A stretch of DNA of 63,631 nucleotides, the filler included, from Octopus bimaculoides (Eukaryota), in assembly GCF_001194135.2 (NCBI RefSeq). It is 7 parts of 7 records of this genome, joined end to end, with 100 filler letters (N's around TTAATTAATTAA, not from the genome) between each part and the next. Parts side by side here need not be neighbours in the genome. Positions count along the whole stretch, not along the records: positions 1 to 17,951 come from NC_068995.1; 6 more parts are not named here. One strand, written 5' to 3'. Position numbers and translations under genes: made by a program. Of this stretch, positions 1-11,076 are shown piece after piece. Within the stretch, counting starts at the first letter, position 1. Each line of letters opens with the position of its first letter. The notes under the pieces are model-generated. The model saw only the letters and a program-made list of their open reading frames with translations, was not told where the DNA came from and made no database searches.

Positions 1-1469
1 ATATATATACATACGTGTGTGTGTGTGTGTGCCTGTGTGTGTGTGCCTGTGCTTGTGTGTATGTATGCATGCATGTAAATAAATGTATATGTGTGTGTGT
101 GTGTGTGTGTATTATATACCGTAACTTCATTTTAAAGTGCTTTAAGGTGGAGAGAATATTTGGTGTCAAAAAACCTAAATTAAGTCACACGGTGAGCAAG
201 AAAAAAAAACATACAAACAAAAACATACAAATTATTATGTTAACTGAGTTATTTATTTTTAACTGTTCTCAGCTGGGATTCCTGAATTACATGAGAATTA
301 TCGAGGACTATTAGAGTGTTATATGTTTCCTCCTTGAAAGAATATCTATTCTGCTCAAAGAATGGAGACCCTCTCAATGTGACTGATTCCACTATCCTAA
401 AGTTCAAATTGAAATACTGCATTTACCCTAAATTACTTCCAAATGTTTTCCCATCTCCTTCTTTTCTTCCTTTCTTCATTTCTTTCTTCCTTTCTATATT
501 TATTTATTTATTTATGTCTTTACTTCTATTTCTCGTTCATACGTTTATGTGGTTGCTTTTATCGTTTTGTCTTTCTTCTTTTACTCCCATATTGGGTGTG
601 GTGTCTTCTCTTCAACATTTGAAATGAGTTTTAGAATTTAAAAAGGAAAAAAAATCATCTCTTTATGAACAATTCACTATTCTGACACATAATGTCTATT
701 ATGGAGACATTGATATATATACATATATATACATATATGTATGCACAGGCATACGTATATAGAGGGAAGTGGGTCGAATCGAAGCAACACCCTAATTGAG
801 ATAATAGTTCTTTTATTTTATTTTTAACAATGCCACAGTGATGATGCCAAGAATAATGGTGACCATTATATAAAATGCTCTCAGTCTTTCTGCTTGTTTC
901 CCTTTAATCTCTCTTTTCTCTCTCTCTCTCTCTCTCCCTCTATCCTTTTCTCTCTTTCTCCTCCACCCTCTGTGTATGTGTGTGTGTGTGTCTGCGTGTG
1001 TGTGTGTATGTGTGTGAGTGTGTGGCAGTGCGCATGAGAAAGGTAAGTGACAGACAGACAGATATAGACACAAAGAATGAAACAAAATAAAGACAGAAAA
1101 GACATTCGCTGTTATTATTGTCTTGCTTTGTTTCCTTATTTTTTTGTTTTTGTGTTTTTGTTTTTTTCTTTTTTTCGCTTTTATCTAATCTAATCTCTAT
1201 TGACCAACACAACAACTTCATAGTCTTCTGAATGGGAACCAAATTGTCTTACCGCGAAGATTTGTAACAGCTCCCTCCTCTGATGTGATTGTTGTTCTTT
1301 TAATTGTTGTTTTTGCTGCTTTTGCTATTGTTGTTGCAGCTGTTGTTGTTGTTGTTGTAAATGTTGTTGTTGTTATTTTACTAGGCATGGCGCCTTCAAG
1401 TTTCCTTGTTATTACTGGTGATGCTTTTTTTGGTTTGGAAGAAAGAGGCAGTGTCTTTTGGCATTCGCA

Positions 1470-2330
1470 GCAGAACCTCCAAACATGGTGAAGATCAGAA
1501 GCAGCGTTGTTTAAGATCGGCACACAAGAGCCTGAAATGCTGACGAAATTCGAAACCGTGTACGTAGCGTTCACTGAGCGCGTCCTGCCGGTGGTATTAG
1601 AGCCAATGTTCTTGACAATTCACAGCAGAACGTGGATGTCTGGTGTTATTAGAGATATATCTAGAGTCCTTGAGATTCACAAACACTTTCCAGTACGGTT
1701 GAGTTTAAATATCAGCCTTGACATTAACAGCAGATCCGCCAAAAATAATGAGAGTAGAGCAAGTGACCTTGACAATCATAGAACTCCTTTCTAACATTGG
1801 TGAGATTAAAGTCAGTCTTCATCAATTTCACAGCAGAGTCCGCATATCGAACAGGATTGACATTCATAAAAAAGCCTTCCCACATTGGTGAAATTAGAGA
1901 GAGCGACCTTGACATTTATAGCAGACACAACAAGTTTGGTAAGATTATTGAGACAATGACCTTGACATTCAGAGCAAATTTTCCCTCACTAGTGAGATCA
2001 GAGCTAATGTCCATGACATTCGTAACAGACCCCTCAAGTCTAGTGAAATTAGGCAGACATTCACATACAGATAATATTGGTGCCATTGTTCTTGACATTC
2101 GTAGGAGGCCCCAAAAGTCTAGGGAAATTAGAGCCATTGATCTTTACATTTATGGCAGACACTCACATACGGATCAGATCGGAGCCAGTGTCCCCAAAAG
2201 CCTGGTGAAATTAAGGCATGTGACGATGACATTCATGGCAGCCCTTCCTACACCTGTAAGATTAAAACTAATGTTCTTTGCAGTCACAACAGACTTTAAT
2301 ACACTGGCGAGATTTGAGACAGCATCCATC
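1470..2330 (-). repeat. Degenerate ~51-bp tandem repeat, probably a decayed coding repeat
   Basis: Motifs CTTGACATT and GGTGAAATT-like recur at ~51-53 bp spacing (e.g. 1887, 1938, 1991, 2042; 2204, 2255). Minus-strand consensus is approximately SNFTxxGxSAMNVKVIG, with stops and frameshifts. Confidence 0.7.
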
Positions 2331-2551
2331 ACCTTCACACCAGCATATCTTCTAAGTCTGCTGAAGCCAATTACGTTTATGTTTAGTTTGAATACCTGTT
2401 CGGTTGAGTCGAGGAGTATATTTCAGTGGTATGGCGTTCTGGTGAATAGCGATTGGATAAAGTCGTTAATACTGTGTTGAGATGAAGGAAGAGATGGGCA
2501 TATAAGATGGGAATCATGAGAAGAGCGAACGAGTATTTTGTAAGCAAGTAC

Positions 2552-2746
2552 GGCGACGAGCTGGCAGAACCGTTAGAACACCGGGCAAAATGCTTAGCGG
2601 CATTCCGTCTGTCTACACGTTTTGAGTTCAGACTTCATCAAGATCGACTTTGTCTTTTATCCTTTCGGGTTGAAATAAGTGCCAATTGAGCATTGGGGTC
2701 AATGCAATCGACTAATACCCTCCGTCAAAATTGTGTGCCAAAATTA
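2552..2746 (+). mobile_element. SINE family A (tRNA-like head, central GTCGACTTTGCCTTTCATCCTTTCGGGGTCGATAAA motif), diverged copy
   Basis: A-box-like CTGGCAGAACCGTTAG, B-box-like GAGTTCAGA. Colinear with about 15 other copies in the window. Confidence 0.75.
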
Positions 2747-2861
2747 GTAATCGATAATTTGAAAGACGAACAAAGCTCAATAGAGTAATGATATAAAAAG
2801 CAGAGAGAAATAAAGAAACTGGTAAATGAAAGGTTGAATGAGCTCTAGGAAATCTTCTCGT

Positions 2862-2955
2862 TCTGGTATGGCCGTTTGGTTAAGAAGTTCGGCTTGCACG
2901 CGTATGGTTTCGGGTTCAGTTCCATTTCATAGCACCTTGGGCAAGACGTCTTCTC
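2862..2955 (+). mobile_element. SINE family B head fragment
   Basis: TGGCCGTTTGGTTAAG...GGGTTCAGTTCC...CACCTTGGGCAAG matches the family B heads at 41775 and 49573. Confidence 0.55.
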
Positions 2956-2973
2956 AGTCAGACATTGCTGTGC

Positions 2974-3038
2974 GGCCGGCAATGGGTTAACTCTATACCT
3001 GTTTTATTTCATTATACGCAGAGAAGCACACACACATG

Positions 3039-3093
<55 letters not shown>

Positions 3094-3331
3094 CTGATGT
3101 ATTCTTTCATTTTTGTTATTTCCAGCCGAGTTGTGATATGCACTTATATATAAGCCGCCATCGAGAGTTCAATGCTTCGCCCGTATGATCAAGACAGTGT
3201 CGACGGAGGTTAGGAACTAACATCCCTTCCACTAATAAACCACCATCGTACCTATTCGGACAGCTACGATGCTTGTGAGACAACCCCATTCATATATTTT
3301 ACATAGACGCTAATATCATTAACGGCGATCT
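2974..3331. repeat. ~350-bp direct repeat, copy 1
   Basis: Nearly identical to 4126-4473. Confidence 0.9.
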
Positions 3332-3965
3332 CTGGTCTTCGAATAAGCCTTCTCCTTTCTGGTCTTGAGAAGCATAAATACTGAAGATTAGTATTTAGGC
3401 AATGTGTTACATATGCCAGTATCCCAATAATTACTGTATAAACCTGAACTTGTAATCTGGATAGAGTAACTACAAATTTCTCAGTAGTTCAGCGTAGGTG
3501 TTCTCCTTCTTATTGATCTTCAGCTTTATGTTAACATCCTCTGGACGGCTGATTTCCACAACTGTACACAGTTTCTCTTCTCTTTTCCAAATCCTTATAT
3601 CAATTATGTTGTGTTCACATTTTATTGAGGTTTTCACTGGGACATTCCACCAGTACACCTTTTTATTTTGAGCTGCTATGGCTTCCACCATACTGTGGGT
3701 TCTTCTTTCTTTGTCCTCGGGATTATCCTTTCGACGGATCTCGTTATACAGCATCCTAGCTACAACATCATGTCTCATCGGTAGATAATAACCGTGGTAA
3801 CATTTTCGGACAACTGCTTACTTATGATGTGTGTGATATCTTCGGTGTTATCTACTCAAAGTATGCATCGGTTGTCACATTTTACTACTTTTCTTACATC
3901 TCTATCCTTTTGTGCATAAGATATTTGATTGGTATTTTCCTCTTCATGGATTGCAAACACATTAT
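3332..3965 (-). mobile_element. RLE-type non-LTR retrotransposon fragment (CCHC knuckle plus restriction-like endonuclease)
   Basis: Reads RHDVVARMLYNEIRRKDNPED...YWWNVPVKTSIKCEHN..DIRIW..CTVVEIS...KENTYAELLRNL. Homologous to 20650-21285. Confidence 0.88.
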
Positions 3966-4125
3966 TTAAATTGGGAGGAATGTATGTATTTATGTATGTA
4001 TATATATACGGGAGAGAGAGAGATTATAGATGATATCAATTTTAGTATCAAGCATACATCTTACATTAAATATAGGGAAAGAAGCAATTAAAAATCTTTC
4101 ATAGTTTCTTTTTGGATACTACAGA

Positions 4126-4473
4126 GGCCGGCAGTGGGTTAACTCTATACCTGTTTTATTTCATTATACGCACAGTAACACACACACGTATATGTATATA
4201 TATATNNNNNNNNNNNNNNNNNNNNNNNNNNNNNNNNNATGTATTCTTTCATTTTTGTTATTTCCAGCCGAGTAATGATATGCACTTATATACAAGCCGC
4301 CATCGAGAGTTCAATGCTTCACCCGTATGATCAACACAGTGTCGACGGAGGTTAGGAACTAACATCCCTTCCACTAATAAACCACCATCGTACCTATTCG
4401 GACAGCTACGATGCTTGTGAGACAACCCCATTCATATATTTTACATAGACGCTAATATTATTAATGGCGATCT
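4126..4473. repeat. ~350-bp direct repeat, copy 2
   Basis: Nearly identical to 2974-3331. Confidence 0.9.
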
Positions 4474-4770
4474 GACAACAGCGTCTATCTAACCAATAAA
4501 TGTAACAGCTTCTATTGTCACATCTCGTTTCTCTTCTACTATATAAATGTGAAACTTGTAAATAAATACGGTGCATATACAAACATACTACATATGTACA
4601 TATATATAATATACACACACATATATATATATATATACATGTATATCTCTGTGTGTATAAACGTGTGTATGTATACATATATCTATACATCTATTTTTAT
4701 GCACACATATATGCATATATGAACAATTATATGTATATATGGGTTTGTGCATATATATGTGCATGCGTGT

Positions 4771-4818
<48 letters not shown>

Positions 4819-5291
4819 CATCTAAGATAACATTAGTATATACATGTATATATACATAAACATAGCAATATTGTATGTACATACATACATAAACACACAC
4901 GCGCACACAGACACGCATATATATAGAGAGAGAGAGATAGAGAGAGAGAGAGATGTGTGTGTGAGAGAGAGAGAGATGTGTGTGTGAGAGAGAGAGACAA
5001 AGTGTGTATCCGTGTGTGTGTGTCTGTGTGTCTGTGTGTCTGTGTCTGTGTGTCTGTGTGTCTGTGTCTGTGTGTCTGAGTGTTTGAGATGCATTTGTTT
5101 CAGCAGTTGATTTGATTTGAGGTCGTGTGTTAGTAAAAGAGAAAAATAATAATAATAATAATAATAATAATAACTGCATAGAACAAGAACTACAAATCTA
5201 ATCCAAGTCCTCCAACACCAGCGCCTATTAGAACCGAACAATAAATGAGTTTAGGAGATACGGTGAAGTAGAGTGTCAATGGTCAAGTTGA

Positions 5292-5329
<38 letters not shown>

Positions 5330-5339
5330 TAATAATAGT

Positions 5340-5472
5340 TTCAAATTTTGCCACAAGGGCAGTAATTTTGAGGGAGGGGATAAGTCGCTGATATCCACCC
5401 CAGTATTTGACTGGTATTTAATTTATCGACCCAGTACTTGACTGGTATTTAATTTATCGACCCCGAAAGGAT
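5340..5472 (-). mobile_element. SINE family A 3' fragment with an internal tandem duplication
   Basis: CCCAGTA(T/C)TTGACTGGTATTTAATTTATCGA occurs twice. Preceded on + by (TAA)n. Confidence 0.7.
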
Positions 5473-5490
5473 TAAATAATGATGATGATG

Positions 5491-5707
5491 ATCTTTTTTG
5501 TTGTAAGAACAAGGCCTGAAATTTTGGGGGAGGCGATAATTCGATTAGATCGACCCAAGTACGCAACTGGTACTTAATTTATCGATCCCGAAAGGATGAA
5601 ATGTAAAGTCGACCTCGGTTGAATTTGAACTTACAACGTAAAAGACACGGACGAAAAGCCGCTAAACACTTTTCCTGGCGTACTAACATTTCTGCCAGCT
5701 CGCCGCC

Positions 5708-5708
<1 letters not shown>
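5491..5708 (-). mobile_element. SINE family A, near full length
   Basis: Reverse complement begins AAGGCGGCGAGCTGGCAGAA and contains the central motif. Confidence 0.85.
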
Positions 5709-5770
<62 letters not shown>

Positions 5771-5775
<5 letters not shown>

Positions 5776-5892
5776 CTTTTCTACTATAGGCACAAGGGGC
5801 CTGACATTTTGTGTGGGGGTGGCAGTTGATTAGATCGACCCCGAAAGGATGAAAGGCAAAGTCGACCTCGGCGGAATTTGAACTCAGAACGT
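5771..5892 (-). mobile_element. SINE family A, partial
   Basis: CCCCGAAAGGATGAAAGGCAAAGTCGACCTCGGCGGAATTTGAACTCAGAACGT. Confidence 0.8.
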
Positions 5893-6328
5893 GAAGATAA
5901 GGGTACACCAGGCACGTGCATCACAACTATATGTGCGCAACATGGTGATCTTATATCAAAATAAACAGCACATGACCTTGCGGCCCAGCTGGAATTTTCT
6001 TCAAGTCGAGTATCCCACACCGCTCAAAAGGTCCCAGAATAAGGTTTGTTTAAGGATGATGAACGAAACACTCATTTTTCCACAGGTGAATTATCTAAAC
6101 CCCAAAGAATTCTTCTCAACATATAGTTATGATGTTCCCCCACTACTTCATAGATGCACAGAGGGACATACTCAACTGGTTAAGGTCAAACAACTGACAA
6201 GCAAATCCGTGGTGTTGAGCAGAATATTTACTGTAGCCCAGCTTTTATACCAAGACAAAACAATGTACATGATAACACTTCCAATCAGTTAAGATCAGAA
6301 GCCATGAGAGCTACCGCCTGGCACTGCA
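5893..6328 (-). mobile_element. Interspersed repeat family D (retroposon-like; (TAA)n tail on minus strand in the 12675 copy)
   Basis: GATAAGGGTACACCAGGCAC...GATAAACAGCACATGACC shared with 10346-10508 and 12675-12892. Confidence 0.7.
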
Positions 6329-6344
6329 ACATCATCATCATCAT

Positions 6345-6349
6345 CATCA

Positions 6350-6416
<67 letters not shown>

Positions 6417-6547
6417 CATCATTACGATTGGTATGGTAACCAGTTGGACAAAGCTGTGAATAATTATTGTATTTCAATAGATTTATGCATGTTTTACATT
6501 GCATCACCAGGGTGTTCCGCTTTGTTTCCCAGATGTGTGCATCATCC

Positions 6548-6611
<64 letters not shown>

Positions 6612-6625
6612 CATCATCATCATTA

Positions 6626-6690
<65 letters not shown>
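6345..6690. repeat. (TTA)n/(CAT)n trinucleotide arrays
   Basis: Directly visible. Source of the poly-Y/L/I/N ORFs in the track. Confidence 0.95.
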
Positions 6691-7468
6691 TTAGAGATAT
6701 TATAAAGTTGTTATTGTTTACATAGAATGTACTGCGTTCTGAGGGGGATTTTTTCGTCATTTTCTTTTCATTTTCATTTGGCATCTTCGTGGTTATTTTT
6801 GTGTTGCTTTTTTTTTTCTTTTTCTGTTATGTTTTTAGAAGTTAGATTTATAAAAAAAATTTTTTGCAGTGTTTCTCTGATTTGTTGTATTGTTTAGAAT
6901 ATGTACCTTGTGAGCTGTGTTGCTGAATTAAACGCGTCTTGCGTAGAATATGTGTTTTAAACACAATAGGCCTATCATTGAATTCTGTGCAGAACAGGGA
7001 GCCTGTTGTCTCTACGACCTAGCTCTTATTCTGTTTTAACTTATTCAATATATCTATTTACTATTGTTATAGGTTCTCCTCACATATCTTACACCTTACA
7101 CTTTACATCTTGCACCTTGATTATTTTTATTTTGGGATCTTTGTCCTTTGAAAGGGTTTTGCAGTTTTCTTTTTTTTTTTGTTTTTTTTTCGTTTTTTTT
7201 TTCAGGAGGCATCAAAATGTCTATTAAAGGGCAGAGATTTTTCTTTACGCCTTTGATTAAGAGATATGTGATATTTGTGTGTATCGTTCTCTTTGATCTT
7301 CTCGTCAGTCTGAAGAATTATGTCTCAATATATGTAGGTGCATATATACATACATACACATATATATATGTATGCATGTACAGACATATATATATATGTG
7401 TGTGTGTATATATATATATATATGTGTGTGTGTGTATGTATGTATATATATATATATATATATGTGTG

Positions 7469-7512
<44 letters not shown>

Positions 7513-7780
7513 AAACATATACACAAACATGCACACATCATGAGACATTATGTATATAGATATATAGATATATGTATGTCTATATCTATCTGCATTCCTC
7601 TCGATATATATCGTTATATATATATGTACGCGCGCACAGGCAGGATCACAAAGCCATTGTGACATTGCGATATTTGTGTTTGTTAAACGCCATTAATTTT
7701 TATGTACGGAAGTCTTTGCGTATTGATTGAAAGGTATAATCACCCGCGCGCGCGCACGCATAAATATACATATGTAGGTG

Positions 7781-7824
<44 letters not shown>

Positions 7825-8011
7825 TAGATATATATATGTATATGTATGTATATATNNNNNNNNNNNNNNNNNNNNNNNNNNNNNNNNNNNNNNNNNNNNN
7901 NNNNNNNNNNNNNNNNNNNNNNNNNNNNNNNNNNNNNNNNNNNNNNNNNNNNNNNNNNNNNNNNNNNNNNNNNNNNNNNNNNNNNNNNNNNNNNNNNNNN
8001 NNNNNNNNNNN

Positions 8012-8045
<34 letters not shown>

Positions 8046-8179
8046 TTATTTATTTATTTAAATAGATTTATATATATAGACATATATATAAACGTGTATT
8101 ATGCAACTGTCTATCCTCTGTATGTGCACGTGAGTGTGTATATGTGAGCATGCGTATGTCTGTGTGTCTTTCTCTATCG

Positions 8180-8480
8180 TTAGTGTGAGAGCGTGCATAT
8201 CACCACAAGGACCAAGATGGCGAATATAACCCGCTCGATTGTCTCTTGATGCTTCTTATCATTACATTGTCTGCAGTTGACGTTAATTTTCTCGTTTCAT
8301 TGTAATATTTAAATATTTTTGTCTGCATATATGCGTTGATCTTGTGTAACTACAATCAGACCTTTTGTTTCAGACTTTAGTCCAGAGCTTTCTAGAGCTT
8401 TTGCGCCATTGTTAGCTTTTGTATTGGCTTATTTCTTTCCTACTCAGTCTTACAGGACGCTGACAATGTAGATATTCTCT
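8180..8480 (-). mobile_element. R4/Dong-like LINE fragment (region before the CCHC knuckle)
   Basis: Minus strand reads ALESSGLKSETKGLIVVTQDQ...CRQC..QETIERV, matching the typical GLKSETEGLI.AAQDQ...CRLC..ETIDH. Frameshifted. Confidence 0.65.
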
Positions 8481-8776
8481 TCCTTTTTTTAGTATCTTTT
8501 CATGTTTCTCTTTGATATTAGCTATTATTTTCAGCCTTTTTACTCGCATTGTTCTTACCTGAACCTTTTTTCTCCGGTGTAATTAGTGTCTTACGTATTT
8601 TTTATTGATTTCTAATATATACAGAAACGATTTATTTTTTTACCTGTTTCCTTATTAAACTAATCAATTTTCCTTGGCTTACTTCCAAATATTTTTCTAC
8701 AATCCAATGTCGTTTATCTAGAATCCGCTGTAATAATTTTCTGTTTGAATTAGTCCCCCACTGTCCTATGTGTAAC

Positions 8777-8879
<103 letters not shown>

Positions 8880-8941
8880 ATATTTACATATACACACATA
8901 CACACACATATACATATTTATATATGTATACATGTGTGTGT

Positions 8942-9206
8942 AGGCGCTAGCTTAGTGGTTAGGGTATTCGACTGACGATCGTAAGGTCGTGAGTTCAATT
9001 CCCGAGACCCTTTGTGACCTTGAGCAAGACACTTTATTTCACGTTGCTCCAGTTCACTGAACTAGCTAAAATGAGTATGTGTCATGCTGAATCTGCCTGA
9101 GAAATACGTTAACGGTACGCGTGTCTGTGGAGTGCTCAGCCACCTGCACGTTAATTTCACGGGCTAGCTGTTCCGTTGATTGGATCAACTAGAACCCTCG
9201 TTGTCG
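8942..9206 (+). mobile_element. SINE family C (tRNA-like head), tail type 1
   Basis: A box TAGCTTAGTGGTTAGG, B box GAGTTCAATTCCC, then TTGAGCAAGACACTTTATTTCAC and tail GTGTCTGTGGAGTGCTCAGCCAC. Confidence 0.8.
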
Positions 9207-9253
9207 AAAATAGTAGAAAGGTTGGATATTTTACCCTTAAAAGACAAAATAAC

Positions 9254-9350
9254 CGTGAAAACAGCAAAAAGATTGGGTATTTCACCCTTATAAGACGGAA
9301 AGAATTCCTTCTTATAAGGTTAAAATACCCAATCTTTTGCTGTTTTCACG
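9254..9350. repeat. Imperfect inverted repeat (MITE-like hairpin)
   Basis: CGTGAAAACAGCAAAAAGATTGGGTATTT...AAAATACCCAATCTTTTGCTGTTTTCACG. Confidence 0.75.
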
Positions 9351-9609
9351 ACTATACTGCGTTCGAAATTGAATTTCTTGTCTGTGGGAAAATTTTGGCT
9401 TTTTCTTGTGGTATGACAAGGAACCGAATTCCCCTGCCACAGACATGGCCTTCCAGCAGCAACCTTTGCTAACCAGGGTTTGACCACAGTCTCCACCAGT
9501 TTCACATGGACATCTGAATTAAACCTAAGGTTCTATTCAAAGATGATCAGTTTTGGGGAATCTGATTTACATGATACATGGAGTGTCACATAGATTGTTA
9601 TAGAGAATC

Positions 9610-9730
9610 CATTTTTCGTCGTTTCGGCGTGAGTTCAAATTCTATCGAGGTCCACTTTACCTTTTATCATTTTGGGATCGATAAAACCAGCACCTCCGAA
9701 ATGGCTGGCCTTCGGCCAAAATTTGAGACC
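9610..9730 (+). mobile_element. SINE family A, internally deleted copy
   Basis: GAGTTCAAATTCTATCGAGGTCCACTTTACCTTTTATCATTTTGGGATCGATAAAA...GGCCTTCGGCCAAAATTTGA. Confidence 0.65.
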
Positions 9731-9989
9731 GTTATTGTTATTGTCATTTTCATTATCATCTTCTTTCAATTCCGTTTCCATTTCTTGCCGAGTCCCTTCC
9801 TGGCGCCTAGGGAAGAGAAACATACTGTATACATTGGTAAGCCATTAAAATAAACACACCAGATTGTTCATATACAAAGTCATGTGATAGAGAAAAAAGG
9901 GAAGAACAACAGAGCGGAAAAAGAAAAAAAAAAACAAAGAAAATAAATGGTGAAAAGGGACAGAAAATTCACAGTGACAATGCTCTTCT

Positions 9990-10320
9990 CAGTACGTGTG
10001 ACGTATCAGTTAAGACAATCTTTTGCACTTCCTGCTTGGATGGTAAGCCAGGGATCATTCTTAAATAATTTTCAGTTCTCTTTTTTAACAATTCTGAGTG
10101 CTCCTATAATCACTGGTATTGTAGCACATCTTTTCGATTTCGATTAGCAAATCTTCATATTTTCTGAGTTTATCAAATTCTTTTGTCAAGGCATTATGGT
10201 CACAGAGTATGCTCATATTAATCAATAAACAGACTTTATTGTTTTAGTCTTTCACAACAATATCTGGTTTATTTGCTTTGATAGTCCGGTCTGTACATAC
10301 TGGGAAGACCAATAGAGTCG
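9990..10320 (-). mobile_element. R4/Dong-like LINE RLE-domain fragment
   Basis: Minus strand reads TDRTIKANKPDIVVKD*NNKVCLLINMSILCDHNALTKEFDKLRKYEDLLIEIEKM, the PD..D/E..K endonuclease region. Confidence 0.8.
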
Positions 10321-10345
10321 TTACATTCTATTATTATTTTTGAAT

Positions 10346-10508
10346 GAGAGAGCAGTGCATGCCATCAAAGTGACGCTGGGTTAAAATATACGAAGCCCAG
10401 TTTACTCATCATGATACCCATCTGATAAGGGTACACCAGGCACATGCATCACAACCATATGTGCGCGAAACGGTGATCTCATATCAAGATAAACAGCACA
10501 TGACCTTG
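10346..10508 (-). mobile_element. Repeat family D fragment
   Basis: Matches 5893-6000 and 12675-12840. Confidence 0.7.
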
Positions 10509-10621
10509 TCAATCTACTTCATTTTGGTTAATATTTATAGGATTGAGGTAACTCCTCCAGAAGATATAGAAGCAAAAAACAAGACTGTCATTATTATTAT
10601 TATTATTATTATTATCATTAT

Positions 10622-10674
<53 letters not shown>

Positions 10675-10676
10675 TT

Positions 10677-10887
10677 AAGGTGGTGAGCTGGCAGAATCGA
10701 TAGCACCCCGGGTAAAATGCTATGCAGCATTTCGTTCGTCCTTACGTTCTGAGTTCAATTTCTGCCGTGGTCGACTTGGCCTTTCAACCCTCTGGGGTCG
10801 ATAAAATAGGTTCCAGTTAAGTAATGAGGTCGTTGCAATGGACTAACCCCCTCCCCAAAATTGCTGGCCTTGTGCCAAAATTTGAAA

Positions 10888-10888
<1 letters not shown>
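10677..10888 (+). mobile_element. SINE family A, full length, followed by a (TTA)n array
   Basis: AAGGTGGTGAGCTGGCAGAATCG...GAGTTCAATT...GGCCTTGTGCCAAAATTTGAAA then (TTA)n to ~11175. Confidence 0.85.
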
Positions 10889-10937
<49 letters not shown>

Positions 10938-10992
10938 GTTGTTGTTGTTGTTGTTGCTGTTATTATTATCAACTATTATAATTATTATTACA

Positions 10993-11036
<44 letters not shown>

Positions 11037-11041
11037 TACTA

Positions 11042-11076
<35 letters not shown>

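Noticed and set aside
249-396. Minus-strand 48-codon open frame after a TAG acceptor (IVESVTLRGSPFFEQNRYSFKEETYN...), faintly cadherin-like
   Set aside because: Lacks the DxNDN/LDRE motifs and has no supporting neighbouring exon. Compatible with chance.
1797-2480. 227-aa + strand ORF, the longest N-free ORF in the window
   Set aside because: It shifts register relative to the 51-bp repeat (LTF..LVKL versus LDI..GEIR), which suggests an antisense shadow of the repeat. No recognisable domain.
8942-9020. tRNA gene (also other SINE heads)
   Set aside because: A/B boxes are present but there is no convincing complete cloverleaf, and the sequence continues into the SINE body.
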